DNA of 50,468 nucleotides from an uncultured Nitrospiraceae bacterium (GTDB lineage Bacteria; Hydrogenedentota; Hydrogenedentia; Hydrogenedentales; SLHB01): NCBI GenBank assembly GCA_964493915.1, contig CAZBQH010000415.1, positions 1 to 50,468 of the forward strand, read 5' to 3'. Shown piece by piece: positions 26,166 to 35,043 of this stretch (position 1 is its first letter; each line of letters starts with the position of its first letter). The notes under the pieces were generated by a model. It saw only the letters and a program-made list of their open reading frames with translations, ran no database searches and was not told where the DNA came from. The position numbers and the translations under genes were made by a program.

Positions 26166-26195
26166 ACTATAGCAAAAGCCTCCCGCACGTTCCAA
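26166..26195 (-). promoter_or_regulatory. sigma70 promoter for peptide A
   Basis: Minus strand TTGGAA, 18 nt ending in TGC, TATAGT (extended -10). Confidence 0.55.
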
Positions 26196-26251
26196 GCAAG
26201 CGCTCACATCAACGTTCTGCTTCGCCGCGCGCCCGGACGCCCCAGCGTTTG

Positions 26252-27373
26252 CTACTCAATATAAACACGAGCTACCCGTGAACCTATACCGGAGAGAATC
26301 TCGTAGGAGATGGTGTTGGCCAGTTGCGCCAGTTCCTGAACGGTGATCTGCTCATTGCCGTCCGAGCCGATAAGCGTTGCAACAGCCCCAGGGCCAACGC
26401 CCCGCAACTCGCTCACGTCAACCACCATCTGGTCCATCGACACCATACCGCAGACGGGACACCGCGTGCCTTCAATAAGCACATGAGCCCTATTTGAAAA
26501 CACGCGTTTGTAGCCATCGGCATATCCCACCGGTAAAAGCGCGACGCGCATGTCGCGGGGCGCCGTGAAAGCCCGATCATAACCGATGGTAGACGCCGCC
26601 TTGGCCTGCTTCACGAGAACAACGGTGGTCTCCCATCGAAGCACAGGCGCCAGCGGCGTCCCTCGACGAGGAGAATCCGACGGCCACATGCCGTAGGTCA
26701 TGATCCCCGGACGTACCATGTCGAATGCGCCATTCGCGTAATTGACGATGGCCGCGCTGTTGGCTGCATGGGCTATCTCGAACGGGATGCCCTGCCGCTG
26801 GATCTGCCGCAATAAGTGACGGAACCGCCGAATCTGGTTGACCGTAAAAGGCTCCTTAGCCTGGTCGGCAACCGGGAAATGGGTCGCAATGCCTTCAATG
26901 TCGATATGGCTGATGCGCGTAAGGTGAAGCAAATCATTGAGCAGGCCCTCGGGGTCGAAGCCTTGCCGCCCCATCCCTGTATCTACCTTGCAGTGCACCG
27001 GCACGACGCGGTTGGCCCGCCTGGCTAGCTCTCCCAAACGTTCGGCCATGCGCACATCGGAGATCATTACGCGCAACCCAAACTCAATCGCCGCATGCAA
27101 AGCCGATTCCGCGGGATGAACAAGAACAAGGATAGGCGCCGTTATCCCCGCTTGGCGCAGCTCCACCCCCTCCGGAATGCTGGCAACACCCAGCATCGAC
27201 ACTCCGGCTTCGATTGCCGCTTTCGCAATCCGGACCGCGCCATGGCCGTACGCATTCGCTTTGACGACGGCCATCACCGCAGACTGCCGCGGAATGAGCT
27301 CCCGCACGACCCCCAGGTTGTGTTTGTAGGCGCTCAAGTCGATGATGGCGCGTGAAGGTGCGGTTCCGGCCAT
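26252..27373 (-). CDS. alr: Alanine racemase
   Basis: AVVKANAYGHG (PLP lysine), KVDTGMGRQG, HAANSAA, VRPGIMTYG, GYADGY, SMDQ and TISYEIL. Confidence 0.97.
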   Translation of the reverse strand: MAGTAPSRAIIDLSAYKHNLGVVRELIPRQSAVMAVVKANAYGHGAVRIAKAAIEAGVSMLGVASIPEGVELRQAGITAPILVLVHPAESALHAAIEFGLRVMISDVRMAERLGELARRANRVVPVHCKVDTGMGRQGFDPEGLLNDLLHLTRISHIDIEGIATHFPVADQAKEPFTVNQIRRFRHLLRQIQRQGIPFEIAHAANSAAIVNYANGAFDMVRPGIMTYGMWPSDSPRRGTPLAPVLRWETTVVLVKQAKAASTIGYDRAFTAPRDMRVALLPVGYADGYKRVFSNRAHVLIEGTRCPVCGMVSMDQMVVDVSELRGVGPGAVATLIGSDGNEQITVQELAQLANTISYEILSGIGSRVARVYIE

Positions 27374-27966
27374 TACAGCCTCCCCAGTTCAAGCATCCGC
27401 CAATTCGAGCGGGCGTATTGCAGGCCCGAGTAAACCGTGAACAAGGCCACAACCACGCTCATAGCCAGCGAGGCATACCAAAGGAACTGCTGGTAACAGA
27501 GAATGGAATAGCCTGTCCAGTGGTCAAGCGCCCTTGCCACGATGGCCAAGAACAGAAACGTATAGATAAACGCCATCTGAAGCACCGTCTTGGTCTTGCC
27601 CCACCTGTTCGCAGCAATCACAAGACCCTCGCTCGCGGCTAAAGAACGGGCGCCGGTAATGAGAAATTCCCGCGCTAGAATGGCAATCACCGTCCAGCCG
27701 GGTATCCACAAATCCTGAAGCCCCATGAGCATCACGAAAGCTGCGGCAATCAGCACTTTGTCCGCCACGGGATCGAGCAGCTTCCCGAAGTTCGAGACCA
27801 TGCCCCGCCCGCGGGCGATTTTGCCGTCATAGTAGTCTGTTACTGTAGCCGCAATGAACACCAGATAAGCACCGGCAAAGCAGTACACGTTGTCGAAGGA
27901 CATGAGAACAACGAAAACCGGGACCATACAGACCCGTACGGTGGTAAGCCGATTGGGAAGATTCAT
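27373..27966 (-). CDS. pgsA: CDP-diacylglycerol--glycerol-3-phosphate 3-phosphatidyltransferase
   Basis: MNLPNRLT..R, TDYYDGKIAR...SNFGKLLDPVADK, REFLITG and GKTKT. The stop overlaps the alr start (TAATG). Confidence 0.93.
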   Translation of the reverse strand: MNLPNRLTTVRVCMVPVFVVLMSFDNVYCFAGAYLVFIAATVTDYYDGKIARGRGMVSNFGKLLDPVADKVLIAAAFVMLMGLQDLWIPGWTVIAILAREFLITGARSLAASEGLVIAANRWGKTKTVLQMAFIYTFLFLAIVARALDHWTGYSILCYQQFLWYASLAMSVVVALFTVYSGLQYARSNWRMLELGRL

Positions 27967-28265
27967 CGCACGCACCACCTTGTCGAGGTCCTAACACATC
28001 GCTCCAGGTGGGAAACCAGCGCCAAAGGCAACCGAGAGCTTGGCAGTCACGGGCTCGCACCTGCTCGAGAAAGCATTCTAGCAGATCAGTGCGCCCCAAA
28101 CGAACCAAGCAATCATACAACAGCCCCCTGGGTACGCCCAGAACGAAGACCTTCGCACAGCCTCAAGGGCTTCCCGCCATCCCCCCGGCAAGACGCGGAA
28201 AACGAGTAAATGAACAGCATGGACAGCCGCAAACAGAACCGTGAAACGCACTCGGGAACAAGCGC

Positions 28266-28733
28266 CTAGTAATCAACCTCCCCCGAGGCATTGGGAACGA
28301 CCATGTCAAGGACGCCAGCCTCGACGCTCCGCTCCTCAACATCGGCGGTCGGACGCAACACGACGGCATAGGTGAGCCAACCGAGGGCAAGAAGCAGACA
28401 GACAGCCCCCCACGTGACCACATCGCTGAACCAGGGCGGTCCACCCTGGCTTTCGGCATTGCTGCGCGATATGCAAAGGAAACGGCTTGTAGGCCTTGTC
28501 AGGGCTTTGTAACTGTCGATCAGGGAACTCGAGTCCAGCTCAAGGAATTCACAGTAAGTTTTGAGAAAGCCAATCGCATAGCAAGGTGCCGGAAGACCAC
28601 CCAAATCGCCCTCTTCGAGCGCCTCAAGCGATAGGACAGGAATACGCGTTCTCCGGTACACTTCGTCAAGCGACAGCTTCAACTCTTTGCGTTTGTCGCG
28701 CAATATGCCGCCGGGAAACATTGATGCATCCAT
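28266..28733 (-). CDS. RodZ-like HTH membrane protein (short)
   Basis: LRDKRKELKLSLDEVYRRTRI...LEALEEGD...YAIGFLKTYCEFLELD, then one TM. Sits directly downstream of ftsK. Confidence 0.75.
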   Translation of the reverse strand: MDASMFPGGILRDKRKELKLSLDEVYRRTRIPVLSLEALEEGDLGGLPAPCYAIGFLKTYCEFLELDSSSLIDSYKALTRPTSRFLCISRSNAESQGGPPWFSDVVTWGAVCLLLALGWLTYAVVLRPTADVEERSVEAGVLDMVVPNASGEVDY

Positions 28734-28745
28734 GCGACCTCTCAG

Positions 28746-31313
28746 TTACTCTGGTAAGGACTCGACCAGGATCTCTCGCGCTTTGCTGCCGACGTGAGGC
28801 CCTACGATGCCCCTCATTTCCATCATATCGATAAGCCGCGCAGCCCGCGTGTAGCCCACGCGCAGTCGGCGCTGAACCATCGATATCGAGGCCTGGCCCG
28901 TCTCGATAACCACCCGCACTGCTTCATCGAAAAGGTCGTCCTCCGGCTCTTCCGCATCGCCGGGAACGTCGCCGCTCTTACCGAAACGCTCGATCTCATC
29001 GCGATACTGAGGAGGCGCTTGCTTTTTCAAGTAAGAAATAAGAGCGAACGTCTCCTCGTCGCTCACGAAAGCCCCCTGTATGCGCGTAGGCTTTGATTGC
29101 CCTGCAGGAAGATACAACATATCGCCTTTGCCAATCAAACGTTCAGCACCGATCTCGTCCAGGATGCAGCGTGAATCCACCCGCGACGACACCTGAAAAG
29201 ACACGCGGGCAGGGAAGTTCGCCTTGATCACGCCCGTCAAGACATCCACCGATGGCCTCTGCGTCGCGATAATCAGGTGGATCCCGACCGCGCGCGCAAG
29301 TTGAGCCAGCCGAGCAATGGCGTCCTCGACCTCCGCTCGCGCCAGCATCATCAGATCCGCCAACTCGTCGATCACGCAGACGATGTAGGGCAATTTACGG
29401 ATCGCGTTGAGAGATTCAGTGTCCCCCCCTTCTGCGCCGGTCATCTCGATCTCACCGTTCTCGACGCTCTCGTTGTACACATCGATATTGCGGACCCGCA
29501 GATGAGCAAAGAGCCGGTACCGCTCTTCCATCTCTGCAATCAACCAGTTCAGCGCCGTAGCCGCTTTTTTCGGATCCGTGACCACCGGCGTGATCAGGTG
29601 AGGAATGTCGTCGAATATCGACAACTCGACCATCTTCGGGTCGACGAGCATAAGCTGAAGCTCTTCCGGCTCCTTCGTGAAAAGCAAAGACGCTAACAGT
29701 GACTTTACGCAAACCGTCTTACCGGCGCCCGTGGCGCCTGCAACCAAAAGGTGCGGCATGCTTGCCAAGTCAGCCGTGATTACCTCTCCCGCCATGTCTT
29801 TTCCGAGCGCTAACGTAAGGACCCCTTTGCTTTCGTGAAAAGCAGCCGACTCGAATAAGTCGCGCACAACCACTTCCTCACGGTCGCGATTGGGCACCTC
29901 GATGCCTACCCGCCCTTTGCCGGGAATCGGCGCCTCGACGTGCACCCTGTGCGCCTTAAGCGCGAGCGTCAGCTCGTCGGCCAGGGAAAGAAAACGGCTC
30001 ACCTTGGTTCCCGGCGCGGGTTCGAGCTCGAACCGGGTAATGGTCGGCCCGCGCGTCACGTCCGTAACGGTGGCGTCGATGCTGTACTGGCGCAGGGTTT
30101 CTTCGAGAAGTAAGCTTGTGCGTTGCAACTTTTCTTTCAGATTTGCAACGGGCTTCTGACGCGAAGGGCAGAACAGATCAATCGGCGGTTTCGTATACCG
30201 CTTCGGGTACTGATAGTCTGGCGGCAACTCCGCAAGCTCAAGCGTCTTCCTGCGCGGCATAGGTTTCTTAAAGGGTTTTGCAGGGCGCGCCCGTTGTTCT
30301 TCAAGCCCCTCCTCGGAATCCCCAGGCGCTTCCATGCCTTCAGGCCAACCAATCATCTCGTCGGGCGGCTCGGTATTATCGGCGGTCCACGCTGCCGCCT
30401 GCCTGACGGGTCTGGCCGCAACCGGCAGCTCCTGCGCCAAAGAAGACTGCCCAGCGGAAGGTTCCTCAGGCGCCTTTGCTCCGTAAGGGCTGTGAGCCCC
30501 GCTCATGTTCGAGGCACCGCCGCCCTGCACGCGTATCCGGCTCAGGTCGCCGGGCTCCCCGTCAACGGTCTCCCGCAGGTAAGCAGGCACACTCAACTCC
30601 TTTGGCGGAGCGCTGTTTGGCATCGCGACATCTGCATCGTAGAGGCGTGCGTGCTTTGCTCTTTCTTGTCTGCGTCTCTTTCGTGCCTGAGCGCGACGTT
30701 CAACCGCAAGGAAAACAAACGTCCGCAGACCCGCGACCAGCGCCGCCACTTGTCCTGCCAGCCACCGCATCAACATAAAGACTGCGTCGCGGATACGCGC
30801 CAGCAAGTGAATGAAGAGGAGTTCTGTGGCCAGAAGTACCCCGATAAGCGCGATGGTAACGCAAATGATGTTCGTACCGGCGAATCCGAACATGGGCACG
30901 AGCCAATACGCTACGAAGGCACCTATGGCCCCGCCGGCCAAGCTGTCTCCGGAACCGCTTAAGTCGACGTGAAGCAGGCCGGCAACTGCTCCCGCCAAAA
31001 GAGCGAGACCCGCTAACCGCGTTGGAAGGCGATCAAGGGGCTTGTGCCGGAGCAACATCACTCCCCATACGCCGGTAAGGAAGTAGAGAATATGGGCCGC
31101 ATGACCGACGGTCAAATACAGATAGCTAGCCGCAAAAGAGCCGATCTTGCGCAGGCCGTTGTTAATCTCCCCGAGGTGGTCAAGCGGACGGGGCACATGC
31201 CCTTGACAGCCGTCGGTTACGAGTGCAAGAAACAGAAGGGTCGTTAACGCCAGCATGAGGACGCCCAGGATTTCGCGGCGACGATCCGCGGCCATCTTAG
31301 ACGCGAAGTTCAT
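28746..31313 (-). CDS. ftsK: DNA translocase FtsK/SpoIIIE
   Basis: N-terminal TM domain, MPHLLVAGATGAGKT (Walker A), DPKMVEL, IDELADLM, ATQRPSVDV and gamma domain QRRLRVGYTRAARLID. Confidence 0.97.
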   Translation of the reverse strand: MNFASKMAADRRREILGVLMLALTTLLFLALVTDGCQGHVPRPLDHLGEINNGLRKIGSFAASYLYLTVGHAAHILYFLTGVWGVMLLRHKPLDRLPTRLAGLALLAGAVAGLLHVDLSGSGDSLAGGAIGAFVAYWLVPMFGFAGTNIICVTIALIGVLLATELLFIHLLARIRDAVFMLMRWLAGQVAALVAGLRTFVFLAVERRAQARKRRRQERAKHARLYDADVAMPNSAPPKELSVPAYLRETVDGEPGDLSRIRVQGGGASNMSGAHSPYGAKAPEEPSAGQSSLAQELPVAARPVRQAAAWTADNTEPPDEMIGWPEGMEAPGDSEEGLEEQRARPAKPFKKPMPRRKTLELAELPPDYQYPKRYTKPPIDLFCPSRQKPVANLKEKLQRTSLLLEETLRQYSIDATVTDVTRGPTITRFELEPAPGTKVSRFLSLADELTLALKAHRVHVEAPIPGKGRVGIEVPNRDREEVVVRDLFESAAFHESKGVLTLALGKDMAGEVITADLASMPHLLVAGATGAGKTVCVKSLLASLLFTKEPEELQLMLVDPKMVELSIFDDIPHLITPVVTDPKKAATALNWLIAEMEERYRLFAHLRVRNIDVYNESVENGEIEMTGAEGGDTESLNAIRKLPYIVCVIDELADLMMLARAEVEDAIARLAQLARAVGIHLIIATQRPSVDVLTGVIKANFPARVSFQVSSRVDSRCILDEIGAERLIGKGDMLYLPAGQSKPTRIQGAFVSDEETFALISYLKKQAPPQYRDEIERFGKSGDVPGDAEEPEDDLFDEAVRVVIETGQASISMVQRRLRVGYTRAARLIDMMEMRGIVGPHVGSKAREILVESLPE

Positions 31314-31360
31314 TTTGTCCCCCGTTTGCAGTCAAGGATGTACGCTGTTCAACGAAAATG

Positions 31361-31389
31361 ATTATAGCAAATGCTTGGCAGTCCTGCAA
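31361..31389 (-). promoter_or_regulatory. sigma70 promoter of the ftsK operon
   Basis: Minus strand TTGCAG, 17 nt ending in TGC, TATAAT. Confidence 0.7.
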
Positions 31390-31742
31390 CCAAATATTGT
31401 GCTTCAGCTGCTGCAAAACCCAACTTATGGCACCCCTGTTCGGTAATTTCCATAAATCCTCGAACCGTCTTGGGCCACGCTTGACCTGGCATTGGTCCCT
31501 GTTGACCATGCTTTAGATCGCTTGTATGGTCCTCCGCATCCTTGTACACGTGGCATGTGGAATTATAGCATAAGACCCAGGAGAATTCATGGAATACGTG
31601 TATCCTATACGGTATATACGGTGAGACGCCTCAAAAGAATTGCTCTTTCTCTAGACTCGCCCGCCTCCATCAATACCACGGCAGCCACGTCTCGTCCAGT
31701 CCCCTTGATATAATCGCCTTGTCGCCGGCCTGGCCGAGGGTT

Positions 31743-31772
31743 TTGACGTGCTGTCAGAGCCTATGTTACGAT
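31743..31772 (+). promoter_or_regulatory. sigma70 promoter of the ABC exporter gene
   Basis: TTGACG, 18 nt ending in TGT, TACGAT. Confidence 0.5.
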
Positions 31773-31812
31773 TTTTCTTTCCAGACACGCCAAGGGATTC
31801 ACACATCGGCCC

Positions 31813-33756
31813 ATGTTTGAGCCAAGCCCACAACCACAATACGATCCCCGCCTCCTAACCGCTAAACGGACGAGCACATGGCGCATCTATCGCAGGCTCT
31901 TCTCCTACGCGATGCGGCACAAATTCAAACTCGCCGTGTCGATAGTGTTCGCCTTGGTAGTGGCGGTCTCATTCACGTCGATGATTCTCAGCGTTGCGGC
32001 CGCCGTGAACGTTCTCTTCGGTTCGGCAACGGCCGTCGACAAGCAGATCACGGACCTAGCTGAAGACTTGGGCAATCTGCCGGGGCCTGTCAGGCAGGCT
32101 TTGCCCTTTGCCCAGGGCAATATCCAGGACAACATTCACGCCTTTGTCCATGGCTTGCGTGAGCGCCCGATGAAGGCCTTGCTCGCGGTCTGCAGCGTTG
32201 TACTTTTCCTCAGCGTAGTGGCTGCAGGAGCCCGGTTCCTCCAAGAGTTCTTTGCGGGCGCTATTGGCGCCGATATCTCGGTAACGCTCGCTGAGGAAAT
32301 GTATGAAAACATTATGGGTCTGTCGCTCGACTTCTTCGAGGAGCGGACATCCGGAGATGTCCTCGCCCGATTCACAAACGACATCTTCATGATCAATCGA
32401 GGCTTGGCGGGCGTATTTGTCAAAGTGCTGCGCGAGCCAATCAAGGCCGTCTTTTTTCTCGGCGTCGCATTGAGCGTTGATCCGGTGCTCACAGCGGTGG
32501 GTCTTTGCGTCTTGCCTTTGGTCGGATACATTATTGTCGCCGTCGGCAAGCGCTACAAAAAAAGCGTCCGCAAATCCCTCGAACGGATTGGCTCTTTGGC
32601 GACGGTTGCGAACGAGACCTTCAAGGGGATTGCTGTCGTCAAGGCCTTTTGTATGGAGGCCTACGAGATTCAGCGGACCAGGCATGAACTGGCAGGACTG
32701 CGGCGCCATCTCGAGAAAATGGTGCGCAATGACGCCGCGGTAGGACCATTGGTCGAGATCGTCATCGTCGTGGGCATTGTCGCCTTCGTGTTGTTCAGCG
32801 CCACCCGCGTGCTCGGCGAATCCATGAGCGGCGGCGAGCTCGTGAAGCTCTTTTCAGCCCTGGCCCTTATGCTCGATCCGGTGCGCAAGCTGTCCGTCGT
32901 AAACAACATGATACAGACAAGCGTTGCCAGCGCCGAACGCGTTTTTCAATTCATCGACGCAAAACCTACGGTGACGGAGAAAACCGACGCCGTAGACATT
33001 GCGCCGTTGACTGACCGCCTCACCTTCGACAACGTCTCGTTCTCCTACGTGAAAGGCGCCGAGATCTTGCACAGCGTCAGTTTTGAGGTCCGCAAGGGCG
33101 AGATGGTGGCTTTGGTGGGCTTCAGCGGCGCGGGCAAGAGTACTGTCGTAAAGCTCATCCCGCGGTTCTACGACGTGACGGCCGGCGCCATCTGCGTGGA
33201 CGGGCGCAATATCAGCGACGCTTCCTTCCGCAGCCTGCGCGGACAGATCAGCTATGTCACGCAAGACACTATCTTGTTCAACGAGTCGATCCGAGCAAAC
33301 ATCGCTTTTGGGCAGGCCGTGTACAGCGACGAGCGCGTCCGTCAAGCCGCCCAAGCCGCTCGAGCCGCCGAGTTCGTCGAGGCTCTGCCTCAAGGCTACG
33401 ACACAATCATCGGTGAAGGCGGCGCAAACCTCTCGGGCGGTCAACGTCAACGCCTGGCCATTGCCCGAGCCATCATCAAGGACCCCGCCATTCTCATTCT
33501 GGACGAGGCGACCTCGAGCCTCGACTCGGAAAGCGAACAGGCTATCCAAAGGGCTATCGAGGAGTTTGTCGTAGGACGCACCACCATTGTGATCGCCCAC
33601 CGCCTTTCGACCATTCAGCGGGCGGACCGGATTATCGTTATGGACAAAGGCGCCATCGCCCAGCAGGGAACGCATCGCGAACTGATGCAGCAAGACGGGA
33701 TCTATCGGAGGCTCTACGAAGTGCAGTTCGGTCTATCGAAGGAGGGCGCCTCGTGA
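31813..33756 (+). CDS. MsbA-like ABC exporter (fused permease/ATPase)
   Basis: N-terminal TM domain, GFSGAGKST, LSGGQRQR, ILDEATSSLD and IAHRLST. Confidence 0.9.
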   Translation: MFEPSPQPQYDPRLLTAKRTSTWRIYRRLFSYAMRHKFKLAVSIVFALVVAVSFTSMILSVAAAVNVLFGSATAVDKQITDLAEDLGNLPGPVRQALPFAQGNIQDNIHAFVHGLRERPMKALLAVCSVVLFLSVVAAGARFLQEFFAGAIGADISVTLAEEMYENIMGLSLDFFEERTSGDVLARFTNDIFMINRGLAGVFVKVLREPIKAVFFLGVALSVDPVLTAVGLCVLPLVGYIIVAVGKRYKKSVRKSLERIGSLATVANETFKGIAVVKAFCMEAYEIQRTRHELAGLRRHLEKMVRNDAAVGPLVEIVIVVGIVAFVLFSATRVLGESMSGGELVKLFSALALMLDPVRKLSVVNNMIQTSVASAERVFQFIDAKPTVTEKTDAVDIAPLTDRLTFDNVSFSYVKGAEILHSVSFEVRKGEMVALVGFSGAGKSTVVKLIPRFYDVTAGAICVDGRNISDASFRSLRGQISYVTQDTILFNESIRANIAFGQAVYSDERVRQAAQAARAAEFVEALPQGYDTIIGEGGANLSGGQRQRLAIARAIIKDPAILILDEATSSLDSESEQAIQRAIEEFVVGRTTIVIAHRLSTIQRADRIIVMDKGAIAQQGTHRELMQQDGIYRRLYEVQFGLSKEGAS

Positions 33757-34478
33757 GGAACTGCATCACGGTTGTCTTTGCCCTGAGCCTCCTTACAGGC
33801 TGCGAAAGAGAACCGGCCGAACAGCTGCCAAAGAGGCCAACAGCTTCCGAGGGCGCTCCCGCCCCGGGAGCTGCACCAACGGAACACACAGACGAAACAC
33901 GGGGCGTCTCGCCCTCCGCCAATGCCCAGAAAACCGTCACGGCTTATGTCCGGACTGTCGACAGGCAAGATCATCCTGTCGCGGGCATGATGCCCATTGC
34001 GACGGAAAGGCCCAACGCTTTTGACGAACCCCTCGCTTCCGGCCTGCTCACCAATGCCGAGGGAAAGACTGTTTTGGAAATCCCCGCCGGCAAACACGTA
34101 TACGTGCGCGGATGGGACCCGCACGGCGAATGGTTCGCCAACAACTACTTCGAGATCATGCCCGCTGAAGGAAACGCCACAAAAGAGATGAAGATCGAGA
34201 TGGTGCGGGGAGGCCTGATAAGCGCGCGAGCCCTTACGGCCCAAGGCGATCCCGTGGCCGACAGCGAGGCCCGCATGATGATGTTTCACCCGCACGAAGG
34301 ACCTTGGTGGCCGGCCCAAAACCACACCGACGCGGACGGTTACGTGCTGTTCGGCCCCGTACCCGCAGGCGTCTACTTGTTGCGGCTAGCCGTAGAAAAC
34401 GTAGGGACCCTCGAAGTACCCGAGGTTGCTGTGCCGCCCGAGGGGCAAATCAACCTCGGCGATCTCGTATTTCAATAA
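33753..34478 (+). CDS. Lipoprotein with two carboxypeptidase-regulatory / prealbumin-like beta domains
   Basis: Lipobox LLTGC, Pro/Ala linker, repeated TNAEG/TDADG...GPVPAGVYLL patterns. GTGA overlap with the exporter. Confidence 0.65.
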   Translation: MRNCITVVFALSLLTGCEREPAEQLPKRPTASEGAPAPGAAPTEHTDETRGVSPSANAQKTVTAYVRTVDRQDHPVAGMMPIATERPNAFDEPLASGLLTNAEGKTVLEIPAGKHVYVRGWDPHGEWFANNYFEIMPAEGNATKEMKIEMVRGGLISARALTAQGDPVADSEARMMMFHPHEGPWWPAQNHTDADGYVLFGPVPAGVYLLRLAVENVGTLEVPEVAVPPEGQINLGDLVFQ

Positions 34479-34561
34479 AGCGGCCGGACCGGTCGCAGTC
34501 CGTTGTCCCCGCCAGGATTGGTAGGGTGTATTAGCAGAGGCTTTTCCAAGCCGACACCCCC

Positions 34562-34606
34562 AAAAAAAACATAAGGAGATGCCCGGCACGAAGACCGGGC
34601 ATCTCC
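34562..34606 (-). terminator. Rho-independent terminator, minus strand
   Basis: Perfect 12-bp stem GGAGATGCCCGG / CCGGGCATCTCC followed on the minus strand by TTATGTTTTTTTT. Confidence 0.85.
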
Positions 34607-34643
34607 AACTCGTTCCAGCTAATAGTCGCCGTCGCTTATTCAG

Positions 34644-34757
34644 CTAACCGACAACGCCTCCTTGACCTATCATACCCGACAGATCCATCTTCTGGAAACG
34701 AAATACGGCGCTGCAAGCGACGCTGCTACTAGCGCCGGGTCTACCCGGACTTTCCAT
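34644..34757 (-). CDS. Putative 37-aa small protein (MESPGRPGASSSVACSAVFRFQKMDLSGMIGQGGVVG) behind an extended SD; the RNA may matter more than the peptide
   Basis: AGAAAGGAGGTGGTCCA 4 nt before ATG 34757. Bracketed by its own promoter and terminator. Confidence 0.5.
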   Translation of the reverse strand: MESPGRPGASSSVACSAVFRFQKMDLSGMIGQGGVVG

Positions 34758-34848
34758 ACGATGGACCACCTCCTTTCTGCCTCACCCGATGTATCCCGCG
34801 GGCGCCCCATTGAGCCGCATCGCCATCAGCAAGGACTTTCTTAACTAA

Positions 34849-34877
34849 ACGATAACAGGAACAGCAGGAAATGGCAA
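34849..34877 (-). promoter_or_regulatory. sigma70 promoter of the 34562-34840 small transcript
   Basis: Minus strand TTGCCA, 17 nt ending in TGT, TATCGT. Confidence 0.65.
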
Positions 34878-35043
34878 GCGAAAAAACAGCGGACCGGATC
34901 TTTTTTGGGGATACAACCACAATCTGTAGTGGTTTTAGCGAAATTCGCCGGCACAAAATGGCATTGATTGTCCGCGATATCTTGGTATATAGTCCTGCAT
35001 TGCGAAACGGTAGTCTTACGTTACGAAACGGAGGATAACGCGC

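Noticed and set aside
25910-26281. 123-aa and 73-aa plus-strand ORFs in the alr-NYN gap
   Set aside because: No SD and no recognisable product. They are antisense to the SD-, promoter- and terminator-supported micropeptide genes.
34740-34760. GGAAAGTCCGGG (minus) resembles the RNase P RNA 5' conserved element
   Set aside because: The matching 3' element (ACAGAA.CCGGCTTA-like) is missing and the distance to the terminator is too short.
34762-34778. Possible 16S rRNA gene fragment (TGGACCACCTCCTTTCT on +)
   Set aside because: No helix 44/45 sequence (e.g. AAGTCGTAACAAGGT) precedes it. It is better explained as an extended SD on the minus strand.
34805-34835. GCTGATGGCGATG (minus) resembles fluoride riboswitch words
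   Set aside because: The elements are in the wrong order and no pseudoknot partner is present.
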